A program made the translations under genes and the position numbers. Under the pieces are notes generated by a model that ran no database searches, had not been told where the DNA came from, and saw nothing but the letters and a program-made list of their open reading frames with translations. Positions 18,965-28,402 of a stretch of DNA of 64,000 nucleotides are shown piece after piece (position 1 is the first letter of the stretch; every line of letters begins with the position of its first letter). Source of the DNA: Blastocatellia bacterium (lineage in GTDB: Bacteria > Acidobacteriota > Blastocatellia > Chloracidobacteriales > JADJPF01); assembly GCA_025057015.1 (NCBI GenBank), contig JANWYG010000010.1, forward strand, positions 30,506-94,505, read 5' to 3'.

Positions 18965-19477
18965 TTACACTGATTCAGGCAACCCTATGTCTTGTCTTGC
19001 AGCACGCTTTTTGCGCGCCATTTTAGGCTTTGGAGTAAGTGCCTTGAGCTCTTTTAGAAACTCAGATACGTCCTTAAAATCTTTGTATACAGATGCAAAT
19101 CTTACAAATGCTACCTTATCTAAGCTCTTGAGGCGACACATTATCAACTCGCCTATCTGTTGAGTTGGACACTCACGATCTTTTGACCTTTGGACAAATT
19201 TTTCTGCTTCGTTGGTAATTTCCTCTAGTTTGGCAGTACTAACCGGACGTTTCTCGCAGGCCTTCATTAGTCCTGCAAGCACTTTTCTTCTGTCAAACGG
19301 CTCTCGTCGACCATCCTTCTTGATGACCATATACGGCAACTGTTCCAGCCGCTCATAAGTAGTAAAGCGTCGGCCGCATTTAGTACACTCCCGACGCCGC
19401 CTAATTACCTCGCCGTCTTGACTTTCCCGCGAATCAATTACCTTATCGTCCAGATTATAGCAATAAGGACAGCGCAT
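18965..19477 (-). CDS. nrdR: Transcriptional repressor NrdR
   Basis: MRCPYC...KVIDSR...RRRRECTKCGRRFTTYE zinc ribbon plus an ATP-cone. Confidence 0.9.
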   Translation of the reverse strand: MRCPYCYNLDDKVIDSRESQDGEVIRRRRECTKCGRRFTTYERLEQLPYMVIKKDGRREPFDRRKVLAGLMKACEKRPVSTAKLEEITNEAEKFVQRSKDRECPTQQIGELIMCRLKSLDKVAFVRFASVYKDFKDVSEFLKELKALTPKPKMARKKRAARQDIGLPESV

Positions 19478-19540
19478 GTAATCGAGAATACACAGTTACA
19501 CTGAGGAAAATCAAGCAAATTCTAGTGCCAAGTCGCTTTC

Positions 19541-22500
19541 TTAAAAAACCACGGAAAAGCTCGTTTGCGGAAATTCTTCATGTAATACCCTTGAGATAAA
19601 GCTTGCTTTTATAGAGCAGATCCTCGAAAGTAAGTAATTAGACATAGCTTTGTCTGGTTCAGTAAATGTAATTTCAAAAGATTCATTCTGGCCAGTAACG
19701 ATAATTTTGCTGCTGCTTTCACGAACTATACGCCCACCTCCTATTGGGAAAAGTTCTACCTCTGGCACTTCACCGGAACTTTTCAGAGTTTTTATGTATG
19801 AGTTGATCTTCGCCGTGGCTGTTTCGAGCTGGTGACCACGCTCGGCAGTTGTTGCACAGATATCTATTACGAGCGTCTCGCAAACTATGAGGAACAGATA
19901 CGAGACTTCACCCTTTGTTGTCGTCGAAGTCAGGAACTGGTTTAGTACTTCACGGTCTTTGGAGAGTATCGTAGGTAATTGCGAAGTTATCTCTATAGCA
20001 GCATCTGCATAAGCAGCAAGCTTAGTAAAGTAATCCAGCGAGCGCATACGTAGTGCATCAAGGTGTTTATCTTCCATACTTCTTATGTAGTTTAGAAAGC
20101 TGTTAGTTGCTTTTGGAAAGCCAAACAAGAGCAGGCGTTGGTATTGTTGCGGTAAGAGCTCACAGATCAATGAGTGCAGCGATTCAGGACAGTTGATGAA
20201 ATGCTCAGTGGACTTGCGGGAGAGCATAGACAGCAGTTTCAAAAACATAATGGTATCGCTTTCTTGTAGTCCTAGTATCTCGAAAAACACCCTAGCGAAA
20301 CATAATCCAGCTGATTCGGTAATTGGTATTGCTTCGGTCGTTGGTACGGAGCTGGGCTTTTTTACTGACAATACAGCAGTTGTGACTTTCTTGGTGCTTG
20401 GGTAAAGTAGTTCTAGCTGACTTGAAAGCGAAGAAAGTGCCTCTATTAGTTGTTTATCAGCGTTTATCTTTCGATAGTCTGATAGCATTTGTTGTAGATG
20501 TAGCTTGAAGGCTGAAGTAAACCCTAACCAAGCATCGAAGCGTTCTTCAGGATCGTAGTAATAGTTGATAGCCTCGGCTAGCTGAGCGGGCATAGGAGTT
20601 CCTTCCAGGTAGTTGTGTATAGAGGAGAGGATAGTTTGTGCTGCTCCTTCAGCATCTGTTTCAAGCTTTTCTATCACTGTACCACTGATTTCTAAGATCA
20701 GCAGCATCCGAGCAACTTCACAGAACAGTTTGACAAGCAGATTTAGTGCATTAAGCGGTTGTAGCTTGACTAGATTATCTTGCCAAGTGGTTCCTTCTCG
20801 TACTTTGACCCAGAAGTCCCAGACTGTAGGCAGCAGTGCCCGGATTATTGACCAGACACGACTTTGGGATTGCAACCACTTGGTGTTAAACCGACTTGCT
20901 ATTTCTTCTTGGTGCTCTTTTATAGACTGAGGAAGTCCTTCGATAACGCGCTTTAACTTGCCTTGTGAGTGCACATCTTTTAAACGATCTAAGAACTGAG
21001 CTGCTATTTTCCAAGTAATTTGTAACATCTCACCCAAGCGTAACCTGTCAGCTATCATTAAACCGGTCAGAGGATCGCTTAGTACTTCGCCCCGAGCTTG
21101 GGCTATGTTCGACATAGTAGGTTTCAAGACGATACTGAGAAATGTGGGATTTTCTGGCCCCGGCTCGCCTATGGCTTCCATAGCTGCTGTGACCTTGCGG
21201 TTGTAGTTTTCGCCTAGCATGGATATGGCTCGTCTACGGCTGACAGTGCGCCAGAATCTAGAGAGTAGCCTATTTCTTTGCATACCTGCTAGCGAAGCTG
21301 GTTCACTTTTTAGACCGAATGCTCTCCAGTCAAATTCTGCCAGCGCAACTAGTTCTTCACAGGGACTGCCAGCAAGACCTGAACTAAGTAGCGGGAAATT
21401 GCTACTTTCACAGCTTACAACTTGATCTATCAATAACTTCACCAACGAGAAAGCTTGCTGCATCTTAGAGCGCTGCGCAGCAGGGTTAAAGTCGAATTCG
21501 ACTAGTCCAAAAGTTGGATAATGCCGTAGGCTTTTCCGCTCTGTATCGGAGGGAACGTCTTTTAGTTCGATGCCCTTAAGTAGCTTGCTGACGTCATCAG
21601 CATTTTCGCATTCCAGGAGTTCTGGTTTTTGTGCAAGCAAGGTGGCTGCTTCTATGCATATCCTTTTGCTGTACTGTAAAGTGTCTTGCGACTCTTCCTG
21701 AGGTACCCATCGCGCCATAACTTTATCAAATCTGTATACTTGATTTTCATCAATCATCAGCTCGTCATAGAAGTACGGTAGCTCAAAGTTGCAAATATAG
21801 AATAGCTCTACTATGGCGCGTAGGGTAGCAAACAGTGGGAACCAGTGTTTTTCCTCTATCACCTCTTGGCTAGCCAAGTAGCTGGCCGACAAATCGAGCA
21901 TTATCTCTATGCTTTCAAGCAGATGACACAAATAGGAGTAGGTTTTGCCTTCTAACAAAATACGATTGTCACCCAGTGATATGGTGCGGCCATTGAAGCT
22001 GCTTTCTGCCAGAAGGGGCTCTAACTCTAGCGGAAATTGCTTCTCGAAGGCTTTGATGCGCAGTTGGCCGCGGTAAGCTTGTGCAAACAGTCTCAGTAAC
22101 TGTTCATCAGAGCGTCTAATAGAGGCGTTGTCAAAGATATTTAGAAGCTTTTCTAACGCTTCGAGCATGGGTTTATGCTGGCGTAGGTAGCTGCACTCTT
22201 TGGCTGTAACTGCTATCCTTGCAAGGATCTCTTCGTAGACTTGAGGCGGATAGTGGAGCTTAGGGTTGGGTTCTGCGGCATTTACTCTGTCCATCATTTC
22301 TATCCGAGTTCGTGCAGAAGCTACTTCGTGCTCACGCCTTAAAATGGCCTGCCGGACAGCTGCTATTGCCTGCCGAAACCGGCTGACCTGAGCGCCTATC
22401 AGACGTAGGCTAACTTCACTGTCCCGGCTATGCAAGTTTGTATATAGAACCGCTTCCACGGCCGGATCTTCTATGTTGCTGAACGGGAGTTTGTTTTTCT

Positions 22501-22609
22501 CTTCTTCAGCAAGCTGTATAGGCTCAGCAAAAACTCTGCTTGCCCACTCTTTCTTCTTCTGCTTCAGGTCGAGCATCTGACCGTGCTTTACGCCAAAATC
22601 AAGTTCCAT
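19541..22609 (-). CDS. Large hypothetical, predominantly helical protein (about 1022 aa)
   Basis: Uninterrupted ORF 19541..22627. The ATG at 22609 is preceded by GAGGAAAGAAG. I recognise no catalytic or binding motif. Confidence 0.65.
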   Translation of the reverse strand: MELDFGVKHGQMLDLKQKKKEWASRVFAEPIQLAEEEKNKLPFSNIEDPAVEAVLYTNLHSRDSEVSLRLIGAQVSRFRQAIAAVRQAILRREHEVASARTRIEMMDRVNAAEPNPKLHYPPQVYEEILARIAVTAKECSYLRQHKPMLEALEKLLNIFDNASIRRSDEQLLRLFAQAYRGQLRIKAFEKQFPLELEPLLAESSFNGRTISLGDNRILLEGKTYSYLCHLLESIEIMLDLSASYLASQEVIEEKHWFPLFATLRAIVELFYICNFELPYFYDELMIDENQVYRFDKVMARWVPQEESQDTLQYSKRICIEAATLLAQKPELLECENADDVSKLLKGIELKDVPSDTERKSLRHYPTFGLVEFDFNPAAQRSKMQQAFSLVKLLIDQVVSCESSNFPLLSSGLAGSPCEELVALAEFDWRAFGLKSEPASLAGMQRNRLLSRFWRTVSRRRAISMLGENYNRKVTAAMEAIGEPGPENPTFLSIVLKPTMSNIAQARGEVLSDPLTGLMIADRLRLGEMLQITWKIAAQFLDRLKDVHSQGKLKRVIEGLPQSIKEHQEEIASRFNTKWLQSQSRVWSIIRALLPTVWDFWVKVREGTTWQDNLVKLQPLNALNLLVKLFCEVARMLLILEISGTVIEKLETDAEGAAQTILSSIHNYLEGTPMPAQLAEAINYYYDPEERFDAWLGFTSAFKLHLQQMLSDYRKINADKQLIEALSSLSSQLELLYPSTKKVTTAVLSVKKPSSVPTTEAIPITESAGLCFARVFFEILGLQESDTIMFLKLLSMLSRKSTEHFINCPESLHSLICELLPQQYQRLLLFGFPKATNSFLNYIRSMEDKHLDALRMRSLDYFTKLAAYADAAIEITSQLPTILSKDREVLNQFLTSTTTKGEVSYLFLIVCETLVIDICATTAERGHQLETATAKINSYIKTLKSSGEVPEVELFPIGGGRIVRESSSKIIVTGQNESFEITFTEPDKAMSNYLLSRICSIKASFISRVLHEEFPQTSFSVVF

Positions 22610-22685
22610 CTTCTTTCCTCTAGCCAAGTCAAGTACACTAGAGTATATATTTCAGGATCTGCCAGTTCAACTTCTTTACCTATCA

Positions 22686-23849
22686 GTGCAGGTATGGTAC
22701 TCTCGAAATGTTATGAAGCGCTACCCTGCCTACGATCCGCCTGAGTATGTCGACTGGCAGCCAGATATCGAAGTAATGAAGTGTTATAAGCAAACCTTGC
22801 TGGCTAATGAGGCAAGATGGCGGATAATCGAAAAATTGTCGGTTAAACAGCTGCTGGATATCTACGCCGGACTGCTTAGACAACGGCTGCACGATATAGC
22901 CTTAAAGCGCTGGGTAAAACTCGGGGTCATTTCTAAGGCATGGCTTGGTACAGGTGAAGAGGCTGTCACTATAGGTTGTGTGCATGCTTTGGATCGTAGT
23001 CGCTGTACAGATGGCACTCCTGTAGATTTTGTCTCGCCGATGATCAGAAATGCTGGTGCTTGCCACGAGATGGGTATGAGCCTTGCTGATATGCTGCGCG
23101 GCTACTTGGCTACGGCTGATTCTCCTACCAAAGGGCGAGATCTACACATCGGTAGCCTGAGAGACGGTGTGATTGCGCCGATTAGCCACCTGGGCGACAT
23201 AACCGCTGTCTCGAATGGTATAGCTCTCAGCTTCAAACTTCGCCGAGAAAAAAGGTTAATACTTACCTGGATCGGTGATGGGACGACTAAGGCTGGTGTT
23301 ACACACGAGGCACTTAACTTTGCGGCAGTAAACCGTTTACCGATCATATTTGTCATTCAGAACAATCAAGTGGCACTCGGAACTAAGCTGGAGACTTACC
23401 ATAAAGGTAACTTTGCTGATTGGCCAAGTAGTTACGGTATTTATGGAGCAACCTTCGACGGTAATAACGTGCTCGACGCATATGCTGCTACGGCACTGGC
23501 TGCAGAAATCGTGCGTTCAGGTCGAGGGCCAGCTTTGCTTGTAGCTGAGACGTTCCGTATGGGTGGACATGCTACGCATGATGAAACCGAGGCACGTCGG
23601 CTCTTTCCTAAAGAAGTATTTGAGTACTGGGCTAAGCGCGATCCGATAGGCTGCTACGAGCAGTACCTCATAGAAAACTATGACCTTGCAGGTGAAACGC
23701 TGCCAGAAAAGCAAGATAGTAACCGGCGTGTGTTGGCTGCTTTGGAAGAGCAAATTGTCACTGAAATAGAGCAGGCCGTTGAGGAAGCTCTAGCAAGCAG
23801 GCGTATTCCAATTAGACCTGAAAGCGCTGTTGAGGGGGTGTATGTATAG
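22686..23849 (+). CDS. Thiamine-diphosphate-dependent 2-oxoacid dehydrogenase E1 alpha subunit
   Basis: TPP-binding region WIGDGTTKAGVTHEALNFAAV..LPIIFVIQNNQVA and RMGGHATHDE. The start may be ATG 22713. Confidence 0.8.
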   Translation: MQVWYSRNVMKRYPAYDPPEYVDWQPDIEVMKCYKQTLLANEARWRIIEKLSVKQLLDIYAGLLRQRLHDIALKRWVKLGVISKAWLGTGEEAVTIGCVHALDRSRCTDGTPVDFVSPMIRNAGACHEMGMSLADMLRGYLATADSPTKGRDLHIGSLRDGVIAPISHLGDITAVSNGIALSFKLRREKRLILTWIGDGTTKAGVTHEALNFAAVNRLPIIFVIQNNQVALGTKLETYHKGNFADWPSSYGIYGATFDGNNVLDAYAATALAAEIVRSGRGPALLVAETFRMGGHATHDETEARRLFPKEVFEYWAKRDPIGCYEQYLIENYDLAGETLPEKQDSNRRVLAALEEQIVTEIEQAVEEALASRRIPIRPESAVEGVYV

Positions 23850-24438
23850 TCTGGTACTGCTTCTTGCGTTGATCCAAAAACCAGTGTTTACTAATGACGA
23901 CTTCCCAAAATCGAAGGTTGCACTGGATGAACCTTCGCAAGCTATGAATTCTTCTGTACAAGCTGCAACTTCTACTGTGTCTTCAACGCAGCCGAACTTG
24001 GTGCGTGCATTGGATTTACAATTTCGATTGCTAGACATGAGGCTTGCTGCGTTAGATGACCCGGGCAACAAAGAGCTACAAGTTGAGATGGCGCTTCTAG
24101 AGCGGCGTATAGCTGAATCTGAGCCAAAGCCCGTATCGGCTCAGGACCTGGTGGATCTAGAGATACGTAAGCGCTATGTGGTGCTCAAAACTCGGCTTGT
24201 AGAAGCGGAAAAGCAGGTGCAACAGGCGAAGCAGAAGTTGCAGTTGGAGCGGCGTCGCCTCATCACTGGCGGCGAAGTGACTCCTGATGGGACGTTTACT
24301 ACTGGCCTACAACATATTCGCAAGGCAACTGAAGAACTGACTCTTGCACAAGATAAGCTTGACAAGATAAAGGTTGAGCTACAACAGTTCCAAGAAGATG
24401 CCCGTAGGGCTGGTGCGTCACCAAGGGCTCTCAAATAG
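23842..24438 (+). CDS. Hypothetical secreted coiled-coil protein
   Basis: GAGGGGG lies before ATG 23842. Signal-like MYSLVLLLALIQ, then heptad-rich sequence. It overlaps the E1 alpha stop. Confidence 0.5.
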   Translation: MYSLVLLLALIQKPVFTNDDFPKSKVALDEPSQAMNSSVQAATSTVSSTQPNLVRALDLQFRLLDMRLAALDDPGNKELQVEMALLERRIAESEPKPVSAQDLVDLEIRKRYVVLKTRLVEAEKQVQQAKQKLQLERRRLITGGEVTPDGTFTTGLQHIRKATEELTLAQDKLDKIKVELQQFQEDARRAGASPRALK

Positions 24439-24897
24439 CCCGGAGTAGGCTGTTGTAGCAGAGTCTTTGTGCTAACTATTTTGTGTAGGCTGGGTTCACA
24501 GCTATCTCAAAGTGTCGTTTGTTGACTGATGGAACGTACAATTTTCATAGGGCAGACTAGGAAGAGCCCAAGTCTATTAGCAGAAACACGTTTACAAGCC
24601 AACTCTAAAGCACCTTGCTGAATCATCTATATTAGCAGCATTTGCAAAGATTGTTTTTCTGCTTTCAGGTTCTGTCCTGCTAAATCTAGCACACTCGTCA
24701 AATGACTCTCTTAATGATGCGCTAGAAGTAAGATTGCCGTATTGTAGAGGACATCGTAGAATTTTTATAGCAAGTCAAAGTTTGAGCCTGAGTGGGCAGG
24801 CAACATAAGGCAACTGCCTCAGGCGCTACGAAATTAATTCGCTTACTGCAATTCGCTTACTGTTTAAGGGCAGGGTTTCTGCCTAATGGTGGAGCTT

Positions 24898-25539
24898 ATG
24901 AAGGATATTTTAGCCGAGATGATTTTCTCGGACTTTTGGGAGGGTTTACCAGATCGGCCTGTAAATGAGCAATTTAGTGAGCTGGCGAGCCACCCTCTTT
25001 TCATTAATCTTTTTATGTTCAGATTGAGGCCTGGATGCGATCGGCTTTCTACTGGAACAGGGCCTTTTGGTGAATGTGCGACAAATCCTATACCCGTCAA
25101 TGAGCCGCTAGGAGAGATTATCTACCTTAATCGGTTGCGTAATGCTAATGGCGTCGGTTTCTTTTACCACCGGCTTGGTAGTCTGCAAGTTGACTCTGTT
25201 CCTGAACCAGTGGATATGTACGAGCTGATAGCAGTAGATAAAAGCGAGCGACGTACTCTCTTCTTCTGTATGTACTATCCGAGGCGGTCTTTACTAGCAC
25301 CAACAGGATTGAGCTTGCTTCCTTGGCCTTATAATAGGCTGTACCAACTGCTTGTACAAATGCCGTTGTTTGGAACAAACAAGCGCCTTTTGAACTTTCC
25401 TTTTGACTTAGTAAAGTTGGTCAGGCACGACCCTATATTATCTCTGCTGGGAATGAACTTGTTTTTTGCCGAGCAAATCCACAATCTCATATATGATTCG
25501 GATGTGACTTCGGCTGATCAAGCGGATTTGGCAAACTAA
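24898..25539 (+). CDS. Hypothetical protein
   Basis: The ORF is 24886..25539. ATG 24898 follows GGTGGAG. No motif recognised. Confidence 0.45.
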   Translation: MKDILAEMIFSDFWEGLPDRPVNEQFSELASHPLFINLFMFRLRPGCDRLSTGTGPFGECATNPIPVNEPLGEIIYLNRLRNANGVGFFYHRLGSLQVDSVPEPVDMYELIAVDKSERRTLFFCMYYPRRSLLAPTGLSLLPWPYNRLYQLLVQMPLFGTNKRLLNFPFDLVKLVRHDPILSLLGMNLFFAEQIHNLIYDSDVTSADQADLAN

Positions 25540-25626
25540 CGCCTTTGGTAGCAACTCCTTAAGCCTCTTCGAAAAGGAAGGCTTCCCTAATTTAGCTACT
25601 AGCACAAGAATCCTGCTACCAACGGC

Positions 25627-26622
25627 TTAGACCGCTTGACGCTGTTCCTCCCTTTCTTTCAGAGAGCGTAAGTATTTTCCAAAGACCCCGTTCCAAGGCG
25701 GAATAACGATAGAGACGGCACCAGAAGCAGCAGTGATACAGGCTAAACGGATGAGCGGATGCGAACCTTCTGCTTCTATATAGCCACATTCTGCTAGCTT
25801 CTTGCGCTCACGTGCATCCATAGGCGAGAGTTTTTCAGCACCACCAAGTATGCCGATCCAACAAGTGCCACAGGCTGCCGAGCGACACTCAACCGGGATA
25901 GGACCTTCTATGCAGCGTGGATCTTGCAGCCGATAATTGCGCTTGTCTGAAGCTGCTGCCATCGCAAGATCTTGCATATTAATCAGCTTGAAAACACACT
26001 CGGGTTTGTTTTCATTGAAAGTGATGTTCCAACGCTTGTCTACTGTGCGCAGAAATCCAAATAAGCCTTGTCCGTTATCTTTAGCTCTTGCAGCGAGTAC
26101 TTGCTGTGGCGTCCTGCGCGCTACCTTTGGATCTAGATTGATCTTGCCTGGTGCTGACTTAAAAGCTTCTATACCTACTTGTTGCAGTGTCATGAAGCCT
26201 ACAGCAGTGATGCCAATCAGCAGAGACTCTTCCACTTTTAGTTCAGAGGCAACTTTAGCAGCCACTTCGCGAATCTGAGCTGCCAGATCCAAGCTGGAAG
26301 GGGCCTTGCTGGAACAAGCATGCGCTTCAACTGCCTTTTTAACTGCTGGCCAATAGCGATGGCCGTATAGGAATTCATGCGATGAGTCTATCTGATCTTT
26401 GAGATAAAACTTTCCTCGCAAAAGGAGTTTCTTCTCAAGCTGTTCCTTATCCTCAACCTGTTGTAACGCGCGTGCCAGATCTATCGGAAAAAAGTAGAAC
26501 CAAATCTGTACTGCGTTCCTATCCACTTCGTGGATTGCTGGGAGCAACGATTGCAGTACTCCTGCCCAAGCTTTTCCGTCGTGCTGGTTCAAAAAAGCTT
26601 CAAATAGCGTACCTCCGCTCAT
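25627..26622 (-). CDS. Protein with C-terminal plant-type [2Fe-2S] ferredoxin-like domain and unknown N-terminal domain
   Basis: CRSAACGTC (Cx4Cx2C) plus a downstream Cys (LACI). ATG 26622 follows AAAGGTGAG; the longer ORF starts at TTG 26685. Confidence 0.6.
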   Translation of the reverse strand: MSGGTLFEAFLNQHDGKAWAGVLQSLLPAIHEVDRNAVQIWFYFFPIDLARALQQVEDKEQLEKKLLLRGKFYLKDQIDSSHEFLYGHRYWPAVKKAVEAHACSSKAPSSLDLAAQIREVAAKVASELKVEESLLIGITAVGFMTLQQVGIEAFKSAPGKINLDPKVARRTPQQVLAARAKDNGQGLFGFLRTVDKRWNITFNENKPECVFKLINMQDLAMAAASDKRNYRLQDPRCIEGPIPVECRSAACGTCWIGILGGAEKLSPMDARERKKLAECGYIEAEGSHPLIRLACITAASGAVSIVIPPWNGVFGKYLRSLKEREEQRQAV

Positions 26623-26698
26623 AGTTTGCTCACCTTTGCTTGATATCAAATAAGCAAGTGTAGCAGTATAAGTTACGTCGGTCAAACTTAGTGACCAG

Positions 26699-28357
26699 CT
26701 ATACCTGTAGCAGGACCGGTAAGATAATCGGCTTTTTACCGCTTCCGCGCTGAATGTAGCGCTTTAGTTCAAGCCTGATCTTTTCCTTCAAAGCCTCTGT
26801 ATTTTTGCGTTCTTCTGGGCTCGATGCCATCACAGTACCTACTGCTATCTTTGAGAGTTTTTCCATGTACGAAGCTTCTTGTTCTGGAAAACTAAAGCCT
26901 TTGACCACGACTTCTGGGCCGCTTTCTACCTCACCAGTAGCTTCGTTTATTGCGAGAATAGGCAATATGATTCCGTCATAAGCGAGCTGTTTTCTGTCTT
27001 TAACTATAATGTCTTCTATCAAACTTGTACCGGTAGGATCTACAAAGAGCTTGCCTACTTCGAGCTTGTCTATGACCTCTGCGCTCGTTGAGTCTAAAGC
27101 TAAGACCTGGCCGTCTTCGATTAGTATGATATGGTTTGCTGGAAACCCGAGTTTGATGGCGAACTTCTTGTGACAAAACAACTGTCTGTACTCTCCGTGG
27201 ATGGGAATGAAGAATTTTGGTCGAACGGCCTCGAGCATAAGTCGTAGGTCTTCTTGCGCGCCATGGCCGGAGACATGTACGCGCGCTGAAGTTGAGTCAA
27301 AGACTTCAGCACCACATCTGTAGAGATGATTTATCAGTCGTGAGATAGCCTTTTCGTTTCCTGGGATCTGCCTTGCCGATAACACTACTGTGTCGCCAGG
27401 CAGGATTCTTAGTTGCTTATAGTTATCTACTGCCAGGCGACTGAGTACGGATGTAGGTTCACCTTGGCAACCGGTTACGAGCATTACTATCTCTTCAGGA
27501 GGGGTTCGGGAGATCTCGTTTGGAGAAAGTGTTATACCATCGGCTAGTTCGAGCATGCGTGTCTGCTCAGCTACTTCTACGTTGCGTATCATGCTTCGGC
27601 CAAGAGTTACCACTCTACGGCCGAACTGCGCCGCTATGTCGAACAGTATCTGTATGCGGTGGATGCTAGAGGTAAAGCAACTGAAGATTATGCGGCCAGA
27701 GGCTTTGTCGAAGATATCTTCAAGCGCCGGAATGACAGCACTTTCGGAGTGCATTCGTCCGGGACGTTCTGCATTCGTGGAATCTGAAAGCAGCGCCAGG
27801 ACCCCCTTGTCACCGTATTGCCTCAAGGAGTCGATGTCTGTAGGCTCGTCACAAACCGGCGAATCGTCGAACTTGTAATCTCCAGTGTGAACTATAGTTC
27901 CGACGGGAGTTTCTATCGCTAGAGCTACACAGCCTACTGTTGAATGAGATACGTGTATGAACTCTATTTTGAATGGCCCAACGGTAAATTTCTGCCTCGG
28001 CTTGACAGCGTGAATTAAAACATCTTCGATGAGAGCGTGCTCTTCTAGTTTTGACGCAAGTACTGCTGCCGTATAGCGCGTTGCATAGATTGGGACGTTT
28101 ATTTGTTTGAGTAGATAAGGCACTGCACCTATGTGATCTTCATGGCTGTGAGTAAGCACTAGAGCATCGACGCAGTTTTTGTTTTTAAGCAGGTAAGCAA
28201 AGTCTGGTATGATGATGTCGACGCCAGGATGACTAGCGTCAGGAAACATTAATCCTGCGTCGATAACTATTATCGAATCAAGGTATCTTATTGCTAGACA
28301 GTTCATCCCGAACTCGCCCAGTCCGCCTACGGGAATTATTTCTATCTTTGCTGTCAC
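26699..28357 (-). CDS. rnj: Ribonuclease J (metallo-beta-lactamase/beta-CASP)
   Basis: IIPVGGLGEFGMNC and THSHEDHIGAVPYL (HxHxDH), with a beta-CASP region and C-terminal domain. 552 aa. Confidence 0.9.
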   Translation of the reverse strand: MTAKIEIIPVGGLGEFGMNCLAIRYLDSIIVIDAGLMFPDASHPGVDIIIPDFAYLLKNKNCVDALVLTHSHEDHIGAVPYLLKQINVPIYATRYTAAVLASKLEEHALIEDVLIHAVKPRQKFTVGPFKIEFIHVSHSTVGCVALAIETPVGTIVHTGDYKFDDSPVCDEPTDIDSLRQYGDKGVLALLSDSTNAERPGRMHSESAVIPALEDIFDKASGRIIFSCFTSSIHRIQILFDIAAQFGRRVVTLGRSMIRNVEVAEQTRMLELADGITLSPNEISRTPPEEIVMLVTGCQGEPTSVLSRLAVDNYKQLRILPGDTVVLSARQIPGNEKAISRLINHLYRCGAEVFDSTSARVHVSGHGAQEDLRLMLEAVRPKFFIPIHGEYRQLFCHKKFAIKLGFPANHIILIEDGQVLALDSTSAEVIDKLEVGKLFVDPTGTSLIEDIIVKDRKQLAYDGIILPILAINEATGEVESGPEVVVKGFSFPEQEASYMEKLSKIAVGTVMASSPEERKNTEALKEKIRLELKRYIQRGSGKKPIILPVLLQV

Positions 28358-28402
28358 ACTGGTTTCTCTCTTTTTGTATTTGCTGCAAATATAGCAAAAA
28401 CT

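Noticed and set aside
18965-19540. NrdR boxes or nrd operon adjacent to nrdR
   Set aside because: There is no ribonucleotide reductase gene in the window, and I could not identify a convincing pair of NrdR-box palindromes by eye.
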